Virus record (IMG/VR): IMGVR_UViG_3300042511_000879
Location: 1 to 64,000 of that record
Direction: 5' to 3' (one strand)
Length of the DNA stretch: 64,000 nucleotides
Of this stretch, positions 29,964 through 39,076 are shown one piece after another (position 1 is the stretch's first letter; each line of letters begins with the position of its first letter). A model generated the notes under the pieces. It had not been told where the DNA came from. It was given only the letters and a program-made list of their open reading frames with translations, and did not search any database. The position numbers and the translations under genes were made by a program.

Positions 29964-31154
29964 TTAAAATAAACATGAACTTTTAAATGATGGAGCTTCA
30001 ATCTCACAAGATTCACCAATTTGTTCTTTTGAAATTGGAGCATTTGCACGGTTTAAGGCCATCTTTTTACTATCTCTCAATCGTAAAAATACACCAAACT
30101 GACAACAACTAATTTCAGTACCAAATGTAGTAAACCTTCCAGTCTCTGTGATTGTTTGTAAGTAGTCAAAATTCTCTCCTGTAAAATCAAAGAATTCATG
30201 TTGAGTGTCCCGGATTTGTCTGATGACTTTAGCTCCAACGTCAGATGAAATTGAAAAACCTAAGTCTTCATAGAACCAGTTGATTGTAATCATCGCACCA
30301 ACTCCGGGTGCAACAAAATCATCATCTTCGTTAAGATTTCCAGATAAACTATTTGGTCGCAATAGATCAGGAGTACCGATTTCAGGCATTCTGGCAAGGT
30401 TGGTACTAAAATGGTAACCATAATAGTTTCCAATTCCTCGATGAGAAGTTAAAAATTCAAAAGACTCTTCCATCGTCGGTTTCTTAGCATAGAATTCTGC
30501 AAAACGTGGACCTAGTAGAGTAAACCAAAAAAACATATCGCTTGTTCGACTCTGTCTGATTGGATCTGGTTCGGCATTTATTAATACATCATAAGGAGTT
30601 TTAAGTACTCGGGCATAGTTTCTTGATTCAGTCTGAAGACTTGTTCGTAATTCAGTAGTGCCATAAATCTTTTCTCCACGTCTTTTTGCATTTTCCATGT
30701 TAACCATACACTGTAGAACATACTTCTCATCATTAACTAATCGGTCATATTTGACAAATGGAAATCCAGTGTCGTGCGTTAATAGACTAATTGTATTTGA
30801 CGGTCCATAGAATTTTACAATCGCTGCATTAATAAGACGGTCTTCAAATGTACAGTCTGGATTGTAGAACACATTTTCATTTAACCAAATAATCTCATCG
30901 TGAAAAGAACGATTTGGATGGAAGTATGGAACTGAACGTCCATCTACTATAAATCCATGTCCAAACGTGTTTTCTTTTCCAGTTCCTTCACGGTGCCGAA
31001 AGGTATCAAAAGTACATGTTTTTGCAAAACGAACCTCATATTCTCTTCGATTCATTTCATGAACAAAATCTCGAATAAGTTGTCTTTTTTCTACAGGAAT
31101 TAAATCCAATAGGGCTTGAGAATCCATCTCAAGCAGTTTTTTGTTTGAAGTCAT
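29964..31154 (-). CDS. Putative amino acid:DNA transferase / aGPT-pyrophosphorylase-like DNA hypermodification enzyme
   Basis: HhH-like LTSHRGIGNYYGYH, FVAPGVGA and TEISCCQF match the aGPT-Pplase pattern (GIG.F..Y, FVV.GPGA, EH.LCEF). Confidence 0.65.
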   Translation of the reverse strand: MTSNKKLLEMDSQALLDLIPVEKRQLIRDFVHEMNRREYEVRFAKTCTFDTFRHREGTGKENTFGHGFIVDGRSVPYFHPNRSFHDEIIWLNENVFYNPDCTFEDRLINAAIVKFYGPSNTISLLTHDTGFPFVKYDRLVNDEKYVLQCMVNMENAKRRGEKIYGTTELRTSLQTESRNYARVLKTPYDVLINAEPDPIRQSRTSDMFFWFTLLGPRFAEFYAKKPTMEESFEFLTSHRGIGNYYGYHFSTNLARMPEIGTPDLLRPNSLSGNLNEDDDFVAPGVGAMITINWFYEDLGFSISSDVGAKVIRQIRDTQHEFFDFTGENFDYLQTITETGRFTTFGTEISCCQFGVFLRLRDSKKMALNRANAPISKEQIGESCEIEAPSFKSSCLF

Positions 31155-31161
31155 TTTAAGT

Positions 31162-31863
31162 TTATTTTTTAAAGAAGCAATCGTGCGCTATTAAATTATC
31201 GGTAAATATAATCAATGGAACTATTCTAGAATGTGAATAAATTGACTGTAGCCTTTCCATTACTTGGTACATTTCAGCTCTGTGTTTTCCAGCGTGTAAT
31301 TCAATAAATAAATATTTAGGTTGATAATCTATTAAGGTATCGATTAGCGTATATTCAGCAGATTCAATATCCATTTTAATTATATCCGGATTGTATTTCT
31401 TTAGTAATTTTTTTAGATGGATATTTTCAACTGAATCATATTCATTAAACTTTACCTTGTTCTCAATTGAAGTTGAGCAATGCGCATTTTGACTTGACGA
31501 TTTGAATATCTTTAGTGTTTTATCAGGAAGTCCAGAAACTGCAGCATATATTAAATCCACATAATCATCATTTTTAAATGTTGATTGTAATTTTTCAAAG
31601 TTTCGGGCATCACATTCTACAGTACAAACTTTGCTTGCTCCGGAATCTATTGCAATTTGAGTAAAAGCACCAATATTGGCTCCAAGGTCTAAACAAACTG
31701 TTCCATTATAATCAATTTCAGGAACTAAGTAATTAGAAATGCTTTCACCAATCATAGTATCGTCAACACCTTCTGATGCACCTAGTATTTTAACATACTT
31801 CTTTTTAAGTCGAGTCCTTTCTAATTTTGAAATTGGAAACTCTGGAAGTTTAACCCTACTCAT
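31162..31863 (-). CDS. FkbM-family SAM-dependent methyltransferase
   Basis: CLDLGANIGAF, VECD..N, IKMDIESAE, IELH. Confidence 0.85.
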   Translation of the reverse strand: MSRVKLPEFPISKLERTRLKKKYVKILGASEGVDDTMIGESISNYLVPEIDYNGTVCLDLGANIGAFTQIAIDSGASKVCTVECDARNFEKLQSTFKNDDYVDLIYAAVSGLPDKTLKIFKSSSQNAHCSTSIENKVKFNEYDSVENIHLKKLLKKYNPDIIKMDIESAEYTLIDTLIDYQPKYLFIELHAGKHRAEMYQVMERLQSIYSHSRIVPLIIFTDNLIAHDCFFKK

Positions 31864-31864
31864 C

Positions 31865-32263
31865 TTATTTTTGTACTAATTTTGATACAATATTAACCAA
31901 TTCTACATCAGGACAATTTTCCTGAAGGATTTGATATTGTATTGGGTCATCTTCAAAAAAACGTGAAACAATAACACCTTCACCCTTTAAACGGTTAATA
32001 GTATGGGCTTTGTGATGCCCAGAATGTCTTCTTGCCGCAACTGTATGATTTCCACGTTCCTCTAGAGTCATTGGATTAAAATACACTTTGCATTTAATTC
32101 CTCTCTCTTTAAGGATTGCGAGAACCTCGTCCTGTTCATCGACACATCTTCCGGTAATAACAAAATCTGTGGTTGCTCTTGGAGTTATTCCAATTGAGAT
32201 TACTCCATCAAAATCGTATCCGTAGATATCGACTGATTTTTTAGTTTTAAATATATTTAACAT
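31865..32263 (-). CDS. Capless HAD-family phosphatase
   Basis: Motif I YDFDGV, motif II ITGR, motif III K (HHK), motif IV FEDD. Confidence 0.8.
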   Translation of the reverse strand: MLNIFKTKKSVDIYGYDFDGVISIGITPRATTDFVITGRCVDEQDEVLAILKERGIKCKVYFNPMTLEERGNHTVAARRHSGHHKAHTINRLKGEGVIVSRFFEDDPIQYQILQENCPDVELVNIVSKLVQK

Positions 32264-32278
32264 GCTAAAAGTTTTGAT

Positions 32279-32308
32279 AAAAAAAGGGAGAGTTATTCTC
32301 TCCCTTTT
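32279..32308 (-). terminator. Intrinsic terminator after ino1
   Basis: AAAAGGGAGAG/CTCTCCCTTTT stem. Confidence 0.72.
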
Positions 32309-32323
32309 GGATTAATTGGATTG

Positions 32324-33514
32324 TTAGTTTTTTGTTTTAGCAACTAACTGGTTTCTTGTAGAATCTGTTAGGCGTCTTGCAGCCAATTCAGTACACTCAT
32401 AAACAGCGTCAGAGAACATCATCTGGTCTGGTGGAGTTTTTTGTGTAAACGCTGAAGGACCTCTTAAGGCTCCTACAACTCCTAATTCTCTTGCAACTCT
32501 TAAGTAACGAACTGCGTCGATTACAACTCCTGCAGAGTTTGGAGAGTCTTGTACACTTAATTGAGCATCAAAAAGAACTGGTGCTCCACCGAATCCTGTA
32601 AGTTCTAAACGGAAGTTAGCAACTTTATTATCACCATAGAATGCGATATATTCAGAAGGACCTGCATGTAAGAATGAATCTTCAGTTGAGATTCCTCTAA
32701 TTTCGTTTTGAGCACGAATAACGTTTTCTTTAGAAATCTTTTTAGATGCTAGACGAGATTTGTCTTCCATGTTTAAGAAATCTGTGTTACCTCCAACGTT
32801 TCTTTGGATGTGCGCTTTTACATGATGTCCTCTTTCAAAGGCAAGTTCTTGTAACATTTGAGAAAGAATACTTGCTCCAAATTGAGAACGCATATCATCT
32901 CCGATAATTGGAATACCTGCATCGATAAATCTTTGCTCCCAAGCTGGGTCAGATGCGATAAAAACTGGAATACAGTTTACTAAAGAGATTCCTGTTTCAA
33001 GACAAATTTCAGCCCAGAATTCAGTTGTTTTTTGTGAACCTACTGGTAAGTAGTTAATAAGTACTTCAACACCGTGGTCTTTTAATTTAGCAATAATTGA
33101 ATCTTTCCACTCACGTGATTTTTTTGGAGTCCAATCAGTACGGTTCATGTCTGTAGAATTTCTTAGTTTTTCGTCAACTAAGAAACGATTTTGCTCTGGA
33201 TAGTTGTCCATAAGAGCTGCGTAACCATCAATAACAGGTGATTCATAAACTGGTGCTGTAGAAGTAATAACATCAACGATGTCATACGCACAGTTTGGTC
33301 TTTGTTTAAGGGCATATCCTAATGTTTGATTAACTTTACGTTCATCAATTTCAAAGGCACATTCAAATTCAATATTTTCTGCCTTGTAACCTCCAATATC
33401 GGACTTCATCATTCCGGTAATATCATTTGGATTTTCTGTGTAATATTGTACACCTTCAACTAATGATTTAGCGCAATTTCCGGCTCCAATAATTCCTACT
33501 TTAATTTTCTTCAT
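32324..33514 (-). CDS. ino1: myo-inositol-1(3)-phosphate synthase
   Basis: GIIGAGNCAKSLVEG, NYLPVGS, NCIPVFIAS, GDDMRSQ, NVGGNTDFLNM, SKKISK, GPSEYI, DSPNSAG. Confidence 0.92.
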   Translation of the reverse strand: MKKIKVGIIGAGNCAKSLVEGVQYYTENPNDITGMMKSDIGGYKAENIEFECAFEIDERKVNQTLGYALKQRPNCAYDIVDVITSTAPVYESPVIDGYAALMDNYPEQNRFLVDEKLRNSTDMNRTDWTPKKSREWKDSIIAKLKDHGVEVLINYLPVGSQKTTEFWAEICLETGISLVNCIPVFIASDPAWEQRFIDAGIPIIGDDMRSQFGASILSQMLQELAFERGHHVKAHIQRNVGGNTDFLNMEDKSRLASKKISKENVIRAQNEIRGISTEDSFLHAGPSEYIAFYGDNKVANFRLELTGFGGAPVLFDAQLSVQDSPNSAGVVIDAVRYLRVARELGVVGALRGPSAFTQKTPPDQMMFSDAVYECTELAARRLTDSTRNQLVAKTKN

Positions 33515-33540
33515 TGTTCTTAAAATTTAATTTATAATTT

Positions 33541-33568
33541 TTATACTTGTTTTATTTAAAAAGTTTCA
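33541..33568 (-). promoter_or_regulatory. TGAAAC-N17-TATAA promoter (representative copy, upstream of ino1)
   Basis: Identical spacing at 2071, 24262, 37433, 37721, 54921; near matches at 20641 and 10990. Confidence 0.7.
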
Positions 33569-34615
33569 AAAAAGAGTATTGATAGTCTTCTTTAGGACAA
33601 CATTTTTTTCGGACGTCTCGAAATCATATTGGTAAAACTCTCTAGATAGGTGAACAGAACCTGGCTTTTCCATGTAAGTATCGGCAAAATATTGAGGTTC
33701 TGCTGAATACCAGTGAATTGGCCATTCGATTACGTTCATATTATATATAGCCGAGAGTTTGTCAACCTCTTCGTTAAATATCTCCATCAATTGAGTCCGT
33801 TCTCGTTGAGTTCCGATAAATGGAGTATTTTTGTAGTACCCAGTTTTTGGGATTCTACGACCTTCGAATTCGATTGGCAATAATTTTACAATGGTATTCT
33901 TTTGGATTCCTAAAGATTTAAGGTGTTCAAAGTAATTTGTTACTAGACTTTTAACTGCATCAATAGGTTTTTCTTGTCGACATAGGTGATGTCGAACATC
34001 AATGTTTCCAAAGTATGTAATTAGGTGCTCGGTTCCTTCAGGAATATATGAGGCCATTCCTTCTTTCAAGACTCCAAATAGTGTTTTACCATCATTTCGA
34101 CTAATATTTGCACCAGGATGGTACACTGAAACTGAATGAGAATCTCCCAATACAAATGTTTTTGAATCTAATTTTAATTCAATTGTTTGGGTTTCTAAAC
34201 TTCTTTTGGTAAGCTCTGCTGTATTAAGAGATGCCCATAAAGGAGAACATGATTTCATTCGACTTTCGGCAAATTGGCCAACATTTGGCATTTCTCGATT
34301 CAAACAATATATAGTTCCACTAAAATCTAAGAATCTTTTAATTCTCTCTGCTGGTTCATCAGTAGCTCCACCAAATAGATTATAAGAACCTTGGAATTCC
34401 ATTGGAAGCGCTACTAGCCAGATATCATATTGGTGAATATCTTCTGACTTTGTAAGTACTTCAACTTCTAATCCTAGAGACCTCAATTGATTAGCTAATA
34501 AGAAGGCCCATGCACTTTTATGAGAGGCCTTCTTTGAGCTATAAGTTGTTACAACATCATCAATTGCAATCTTCTTTCCCTTTAATGATTCTAAAACTTC
34601 GTAAATATTAACCAT
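33566..34615 (-). CDS. Two-domain protein: beta-glucosyltransferase-like N-terminus plus SGNH-like C-terminus
   Basis: KIAI...LGLEVEVL..DIHQYDIWLV..NLFGG resembles the T4 BGT N-domain; LGDSHS, GNID, SVHLS are SGNH blocks. Confidence 0.5.
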   Translation of the reverse strand: MVNIYEVLESLKGKKIAIDDVVTTYSSKKASHKSAWAFLLANQLRSLGLEVEVLTKSEDIHQYDIWLVALPMEFQGSYNLFGGATDEPAERIKRFLDFSGTIYCLNREMPNVGQFAESRMKSCSPLWASLNTAELTKRSLETQTIELKLDSKTFVLGDSHSVSVYHPGANISRNDGKTLFGVLKEGMASYIPEGTEHLITYFGNIDVRHHLCRQEKPIDAVKSLVTNYFEHLKSLGIQKNTIVKLLPIEFEGRRIPKTGYYKNTPFIGTQRERTQLMEIFNEEVDKLSAIYNMNVIEWPIHWYSAEPQYFADTYMEKPGSVHLSREFYQYDFETSEKNVVLKKTINTLF

Positions 34616-34901
34616 TGAAAGCGTCATCTATATCGTTTCTATTTTCTTCAATGTAATTGTCTAATCCTTGGATATATGCAACTGCATCTAATAAATTATC
34701 ACGCTTGTGATTGTATGATTCTCTCGAGAATTTAAGTGCAACTAGCGCTTTAAACATGTGTTCACCAGTAACTTCAAGTCCGGTCATACCTTTAAAAATC
34801 ATTGCAGCTCGATCCATACCTTCTGAGAAAGGACCATAATTTCTGTCTGCTTCTTCTGAGCGGTTGTTTACAATTCCGCTTGCTTCATCTAAAATATTCA
34901 T
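34608..34901 (-). CDS. DUF6378-like small helical protein (nucleotide-modification associated)
   Basis: ILDEA..IVN.R...YG..., LVALKFSRE..HKRDNLLDAVAY. Confidence 0.7.
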   Translation of the reverse strand: MNILDEASGIVNNRSEEADRNYGPFSEGMDRAAMIFKGMTGLEVTGEHMFKALVALKFSRESYNHKRDNLLDAVAYIQGLDNYIEENRNDIDDAFNG

Positions 34902-34955
34902 AAATTGTGTTTAGTTATTATATGTTATATATTGGTTTTGTTTTTTATGCACTTA

Positions 34956-35180
34956 TTAACGACCAGTTTCCATTTCAAACTGACGTTTTTCATGGTCATG
35001 CTCACTATAAACATTACAGTTTAAGTAAGCTCCATATTTTGAATAATCTCCAATATATGAAGTCGATGTGCGAACTTCTGATGGGTTAATATTAAAACAA
35101 AAATCATACTCTTCTTGGGTCAAGTATGTTTGGTTATTCATAATTTGATTGTAACGTTCTTGCGTTGAAATTGAAGTCAT
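34956..35180 (-). CDS. Small hypothetical early protein
   Basis: Likely start MTSIST at 35180, just downstream of an early-type promoter. Confidence 0.55.
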   Translation of the reverse strand: MTSISTQERYNQIMNNQTYLTQEEYDFCFNINPSEVRTSTSYIGDYSKYGAYLNCNVYSEHDHEKRQFEMETGR

Positions 35181-35230
35181 AATATGTTTGTTTAAATTAG
35201 ATATGTAAATATAATACAAAAAATCGACAT

Positions 35231-35276
35231 AAAAAAATCCTGACTAAAAAAGTTATTAACAATTTTGTCAGGATTA
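35231..35276 (-). terminator. Probable terminator closing the non-coding RNA region
   Basis: AATCCTGAC/GTCAGGATT stem with T-tract on the minus strand. Confidence 0.55.
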
Positions 35277-35286
35277 AATTATTACG

Positions 35287-35582
35287 GGATCGTTTTTCGT
35301 GATTTTCTTCCCGGCGGAATAACCCATTTTATAGTCTTCGGCATTTACTTTCGCGAGCGTCTACTAAACTTCGACCCATCCTACCGGTTACCTATTGGGG
35401 TGGTGTGACTTGCGATCCATTTTTTATCCTGGTTAAACTTCCATTTGCCTGTTATACTTGATACTATCTCTGTAATACATCTGGCTATCATAGCTGTGTT
35501 TGTACTTTTTGCTGTACCGATCCACCTGGTTCCAATGTTTGCGTAGTTTATAATTGCTTGTATCGTTTGCTGTAAGGAACCA
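35287..35582 (-). ncRNA. Two candidate structured ncRNAs (35527-35582 and 35287-35523), Y-RNA-like candidates
   Basis: GC-richer ORF-free region; each unit is a terminal 6-7 bp stem + 1 nt + TACAGCAAA; lies downstream of the Ro60/TROVE-like gene. Confidence 0.5.
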
Positions 35583-35589
35583 ATTATTT

Positions 35590-35955
35590 TTATTTAATTA
35601 TTACGAATAAACCTCCTCTAGATGACGCAGATTCAGTGTTACCATTAGCTAAAGTAACTTTAGATAGTACTTCACCACCTAATTCTTTAGCAACTTCTTC
35701 TGCTACTGAATTTACTTCAAAGAAAACAACACTACCTCCATTATCTGCTAGTATGTTATATCCATCGCCTTCTACTACATTTGGCTTTTTAATCATTTTA
35801 TTGATAGGACCATTTACTGATTTACTATCAATGTTAATAATGTAAGTACCACTGCGACTTTTATAAGCTTTTGGACTTTGAGCATTTTCTATAGGCTCAT
35901 ATACATTATGGTCCGATTCATTTACAAAATCTTCGAATAGTTTAATGTGTTTCAT
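35590..35955 (-). CDS. CTS-leader hypothetical protein
   Basis: MKHIKLFEDFVNE leader. Confidence 0.75.
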   Translation of the reverse strand: MKHIKLFEDFVNESDHNVYEPIENAQSPKAYKSRSGTYIINIDSKSVNGPINKMIKKPNVVEGDGYNILADNGGSVVFFEVNSVAEEVAKELGGEVLSKVTLANGNTESASSRGGLFVIIK

Positions 35956-35983
35956 CTTTGAGATATATTTCTTTTATATATTC

Positions 35984-37408
35984 TTATACAATTGGAGCGT
36001 ATCTCTCACTCAAAATTGTTTTATCCATTATTTGTTGTGGAGATTCGATATCTCCACCAAGTAAACTTGTCATAATTGCTGGAGAGAATCCAGAAACTAA
36101 TGCAGTTCCTTTAGCATCAAATGCAACTGGTACTCCTCCGTTTCGGGATTGAATATTCCAGTAAACAATTTGAGGTACCCTGTAACCTGCATCGGCATAA
36201 AGGGTTTCAATCATCTTCTGAGCAGTTGGATTCCAGTGGCTTTCTCTACCGTAACCTTTTCCTGTTGCCGAATTAAATTCCATATCCGATAGGATTAAGA
36301 TTTTGTTTGGCATTTTGTCTTGAGACAATTTGTGCTTAGTGGCCTGATCTAGGATCAGTTTGAATGTAGCCTCAAGATCTGTTGACATTCCCCAATCAGA
36401 GTCTGACATCTGTGTGTAGCGATCATTCAGTGAGCCACTTAATACTTGTAACTGTGGTTTACTTGAGAATGTGATAAATGCATCTTTGAAAAGACCTTCA
36501 TTTCTTTCAGAAATATAAAGACCTAAAGAGATTGCAACATTCATACAAGTTACAGTTTTACTTCCACCAGCTGGAGTTGACATAGAACCTGAAACATCTA
36601 CTACTGGTAAAATCATATCGTTTGCACCTTCCAAATAGTTTGGTAAGGCTTTCCATTGTTCGTTTGCTACGGTTGCATTTCCACGTTCTAATGATGTAAT
36701 AACGTCATAAGGATAAACTGCACCTGCATTAATTTTAGCCTCACCTTTTACAAGAGAAGCAATGTACGCTGAATAACTTTCGTATGCATTTTTACCAAAG
36801 GCTTTTTGGTATCTAGCCGAAGCAACTGAAGGTAATTTACCAAAATCAATAGAATTCCAGTCTTTAGCACACATTTTAGTTTCAACTACATTAGTTAAAC
36901 CTACAAGAGATTTTCTGTATTGTTTTGGGGACATTCCAGTAAATTTACGTAACTTTTCAGCTATTGGACCTTTACGTGGCATCCATTTAGCACATAAACC
37001 GTTTTCGTTGATTAATGCATCAGAGATTAGGGTGAATGCATCTTTTTCAAGATATGTTCCTGATAGGGCTAATAAGTCATCCCAACGACCATACTCTGAG
37101 ATTAAGTGTAAGTTTGGTTTAAGTACTAAGTCGTGGTTTTCTGCTAAATAAACTAAAATGTCCTTGAAAACTTGACGTTCTCCAGCTCCACCTCGAACAT
37201 CTCTGGCCCAGAAAAGTAGTTTCATAGCACGCTTCGGATCTTCATTAAATGCTTTAGAGAAAGTTGCAATCAAACGTTGCTTGTCTTGTCCTCTCATAGC
37301 TCCAATGTTAAAGAAAAGGTCAACGCAAGCATTCAATGAACTCGAGTTTGTCGCCATTCCATTTTCAGTTACTATATCTTCTTGTCTTAATGCGTCTAAG
37401 AATTCCAT
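35984..37408 (-). CDS. Ro60/TROVE-like protein with C-terminal vWA domain (DUF2828 family)
   Basis: TENG, RDVRGGAGER, YGRWDDL, AKWMPR, MIDAS VVDVSGSM, ILSDMEFN, IVYWN, VSGFS. Confidence 0.85.
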   Translation of the reverse strand: MEFLDALRQEDIVTENGMATNSSSLNACVDLFFNIGAMRGQDKQRLIATFSKAFNEDPKRAMKLLFWARDVRGGAGERQVFKDILVYLAENHDLVLKPNLHLISEYGRWDDLLALSGTYLEKDAFTLISDALINENGLCAKWMPRKGPIAEKLRKFTGMSPKQYRKSLVGLTNVVETKMCAKDWNSIDFGKLPSVASARYQKAFGKNAYESYSAYIASLVKGEAKINAGAVYPYDVITSLERGNATVANEQWKALPNYLEGANDMILPVVDVSGSMSTPAGGSKTVTCMNVAISLGLYISERNEGLFKDAFITFSSKPQLQVLSGSLNDRYTQMSDSDWGMSTDLEATFKLILDQATKHKLSQDKMPNKILILSDMEFNSATGKGYGRESHWNPTAQKMIETLYADAGYRVPQIVYWNIQSRNGGVPVAFDAKGTALVSGFSPAIMTSLLGGDIESPQQIMDKTILSERYAPIV

Positions 37409-37419
37409 TTTGTTTATTT

Positions 37420-37695
37420 TTAAGTTCTTAATTTATACTTAGGATTTTTAATTTGTTTCAAAATAATTTGTTTTTTTAAAATTATTCTTAGCCAATAGAG
37501 ATTTACAATCCATTCTAGCTCCTCTGTTTGAATATTGTCTTCGAGAGCAGTAATCATTATGAATGTGTCGATCATCTGTTTGGCTGATTCTAGTTGCCTC
37601 AGAGTATCACATGATTCGATAGTCACATTTATCTTTTCAGTGGCCAGTTCTGACCATCTAACATAATTGTCTGGTTTAAAAAAATATTGCATCAT
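37420..37695 (-). CDS. Hypothetical protein
   Basis: 91-aa ORF downstream of a TGAAAC-N17-TATAA promoter. Confidence 0.55.
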   Translation of the reverse strand: MMQYFFKPDNYVRWSELATEKINVTIESCDTLRQLESAKQMIDTFIMITALEDNIQTEELEWIVNLYWLRIILKKQIILKQIKNPKYKLRT

Positions 37696-37704
37696 TGTTA
37701 AATT

Positions 37705-37735
37705 AAAAAAACCTCAGTAGTTATACTGAGGTTTT
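37705..37735 (-). terminator. Intrinsic terminator ending the internal-protein block
   Basis: AAAACCTCAGTA/TACTGAGGTTTT stem. Confidence 0.75.
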
Positions 37736-37761
37736 AAATATTGTTTCAATTTTATTATTTG

Positions 37762-38538
37762 TTACTTTAAATAACCATAATCATCTAATTTTCCATTATG
37801 ACGAAGTTCTTGGTATCTACTACCTAAATCAAAAAGAGTACCAAAATGATTTCCATTTTTATCAAAGAAATAAATGGTATCTCCATCTTCTTTATATTCG
37901 TATCTTTCTTTCATATTTCGCAAAAGATCAGTTTTTAAACCAACTAAAATTTTACTTTTAGAATTACTATAATCTACGATTTTTTGCACAGATTCATTAA
38001 TAAATTGTTCAAAGGATTTAAACTTCTTTAAGAACTCTTTACGTCTCTTTTTTTCCTCTTCCTCATCCTCTTTGTCATCTTTCCCAAAATTTGGAATGTC
38101 TCCAGAACCGACTTCAGTTTGTGAAGGTAGAGCAGTTGCTCCCATTCCTCCAATACTTTCAGGAGAAACCATCTCATCTAATTCATGATAACCGTCGTTT
38201 GCCTGTTTAATATAATTATAAGACTGTGAAATATGGTCTTGCAACCATCCTGGTAAGTCCTTTTCTTCTCTTCCAATTTTCTGAAGTAATTCACCAACTG
38301 CTTTTGAAATTGCATTAAGTTGACTCATTGCCATTCCAACTTCATGGTCTTCAGCTTCTTTAACATATTCAGGAAGTCCTTCGTGTTTTGTACTTGCAAA
38401 ATCTTTCAATTGTTGAAGTGTCATAGAATCTGCAAGGTCTTTAACCTCTTGGCTTGCATCTTTAGGGTCCATATCTCCTTTTTTAAGAGCGTATGCCATT
38501 CCCATTAATTGTTGTTGTGCTTTACTCGTACTTGGCAT
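37762..38538 (-). CDS. Multi-module protein with DUF3008-like N-terminus and an internal CTS-like motif
   Basis: MPSTSKAQQQLMGMA...LKDFASTKHEGLP; internal KSFEQFINES. Confidence 0.65.
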   Translation of the reverse strand: MPSTSKAQQQLMGMAYALKKGDMDPKDASQEVKDLADSMTLQQLKDFASTKHEGLPEYVKEAEDHEVGMAMSQLNAISKAVGELLQKIGREEKDLPGWLQDHISQSYNYIKQANDGYHELDEMVSPESIGGMGATALPSQTEVGSGDIPNFGKDDKEDEEEEKKRRKEFLKKFKSFEQFINESVQKIVDYSNSKSKILVGLKTDLLRNMKERYEYKEDGDTIYFFDKNGNHFGTLFDLGSRYQELRHNGKLDDYGYLK

Positions 38539-38539
38539 A

Positions 38540-39076
38540 TTACTTTTGGTCTATTTGTATGATTTCAGAACCTCTGATTTCAACGTTATTTTCTCCAATT
38601 TCGGCATCATATCCACCGTAAATGTCTTCTCCACCTGCAATTGCAGTATTTAACATACCTCCTAATTTGTTCTTAAATTTAGAACCATCAACATCATCCA
38701 TAAAACCAATATTAATTACAAAGTCTCCGGGAATTCTAATATGTAAAGGAGCACCATCTCTATTCAATCTATTAATAGTATCTGGTTCCCATGAAAGATT
38801 TAGTCCTTTGACGTGTACATATACAACTTGGTCCATATCTTTTACAACCTTTTTAATTTCATCTAGGATGATTTTTTCGGCAGTTTTGGTAAAATCCCAC
38901 CATGCACCATTAACCTCTTCTAAAGTATCTGCTGCATCTCCTTCAAAAGTGGCAGTTTCAATTTCTTTTTTAAAAGCCTGCATAACTTTACCAATAATAC
39001 CTTTAGAGGTATAAGGTCCAGTCATTCTGTATGCTTTTTCATTTAAGAAATCTTCAAATAATTTTATGTGTTTCAT
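38540..39076 (-). CDS. CTS-leader hypothetical protein
   Basis: MKHIKLFEDFLNE. Confidence 0.75.
   Translation of the reverse strand: MKHIKLFEDFLNEKAYRMTGPYTSKGIIGKVMQAFKKEIETATFEGDAADTLEEVNGAWWDFTKTAEKIILDEIKKVVKDMDQVVYVHVKGLNLSWEPDTINRLNRDGAPLHIRIPGDFVINIGFMDDVDGSKFKNKLGGMLNTAIAGGEDIYGGYDAEIGENNVEIRGSEIIQIDQK

Noticed and set aside
35287-35582. tRNA genes in the GC-richer intergenic region
   Set aside because: I could not find a cloverleaf with D and T-loop consensus and a 7-bp acceptor stem; kept as a non-tRNA ncRNA candidate.
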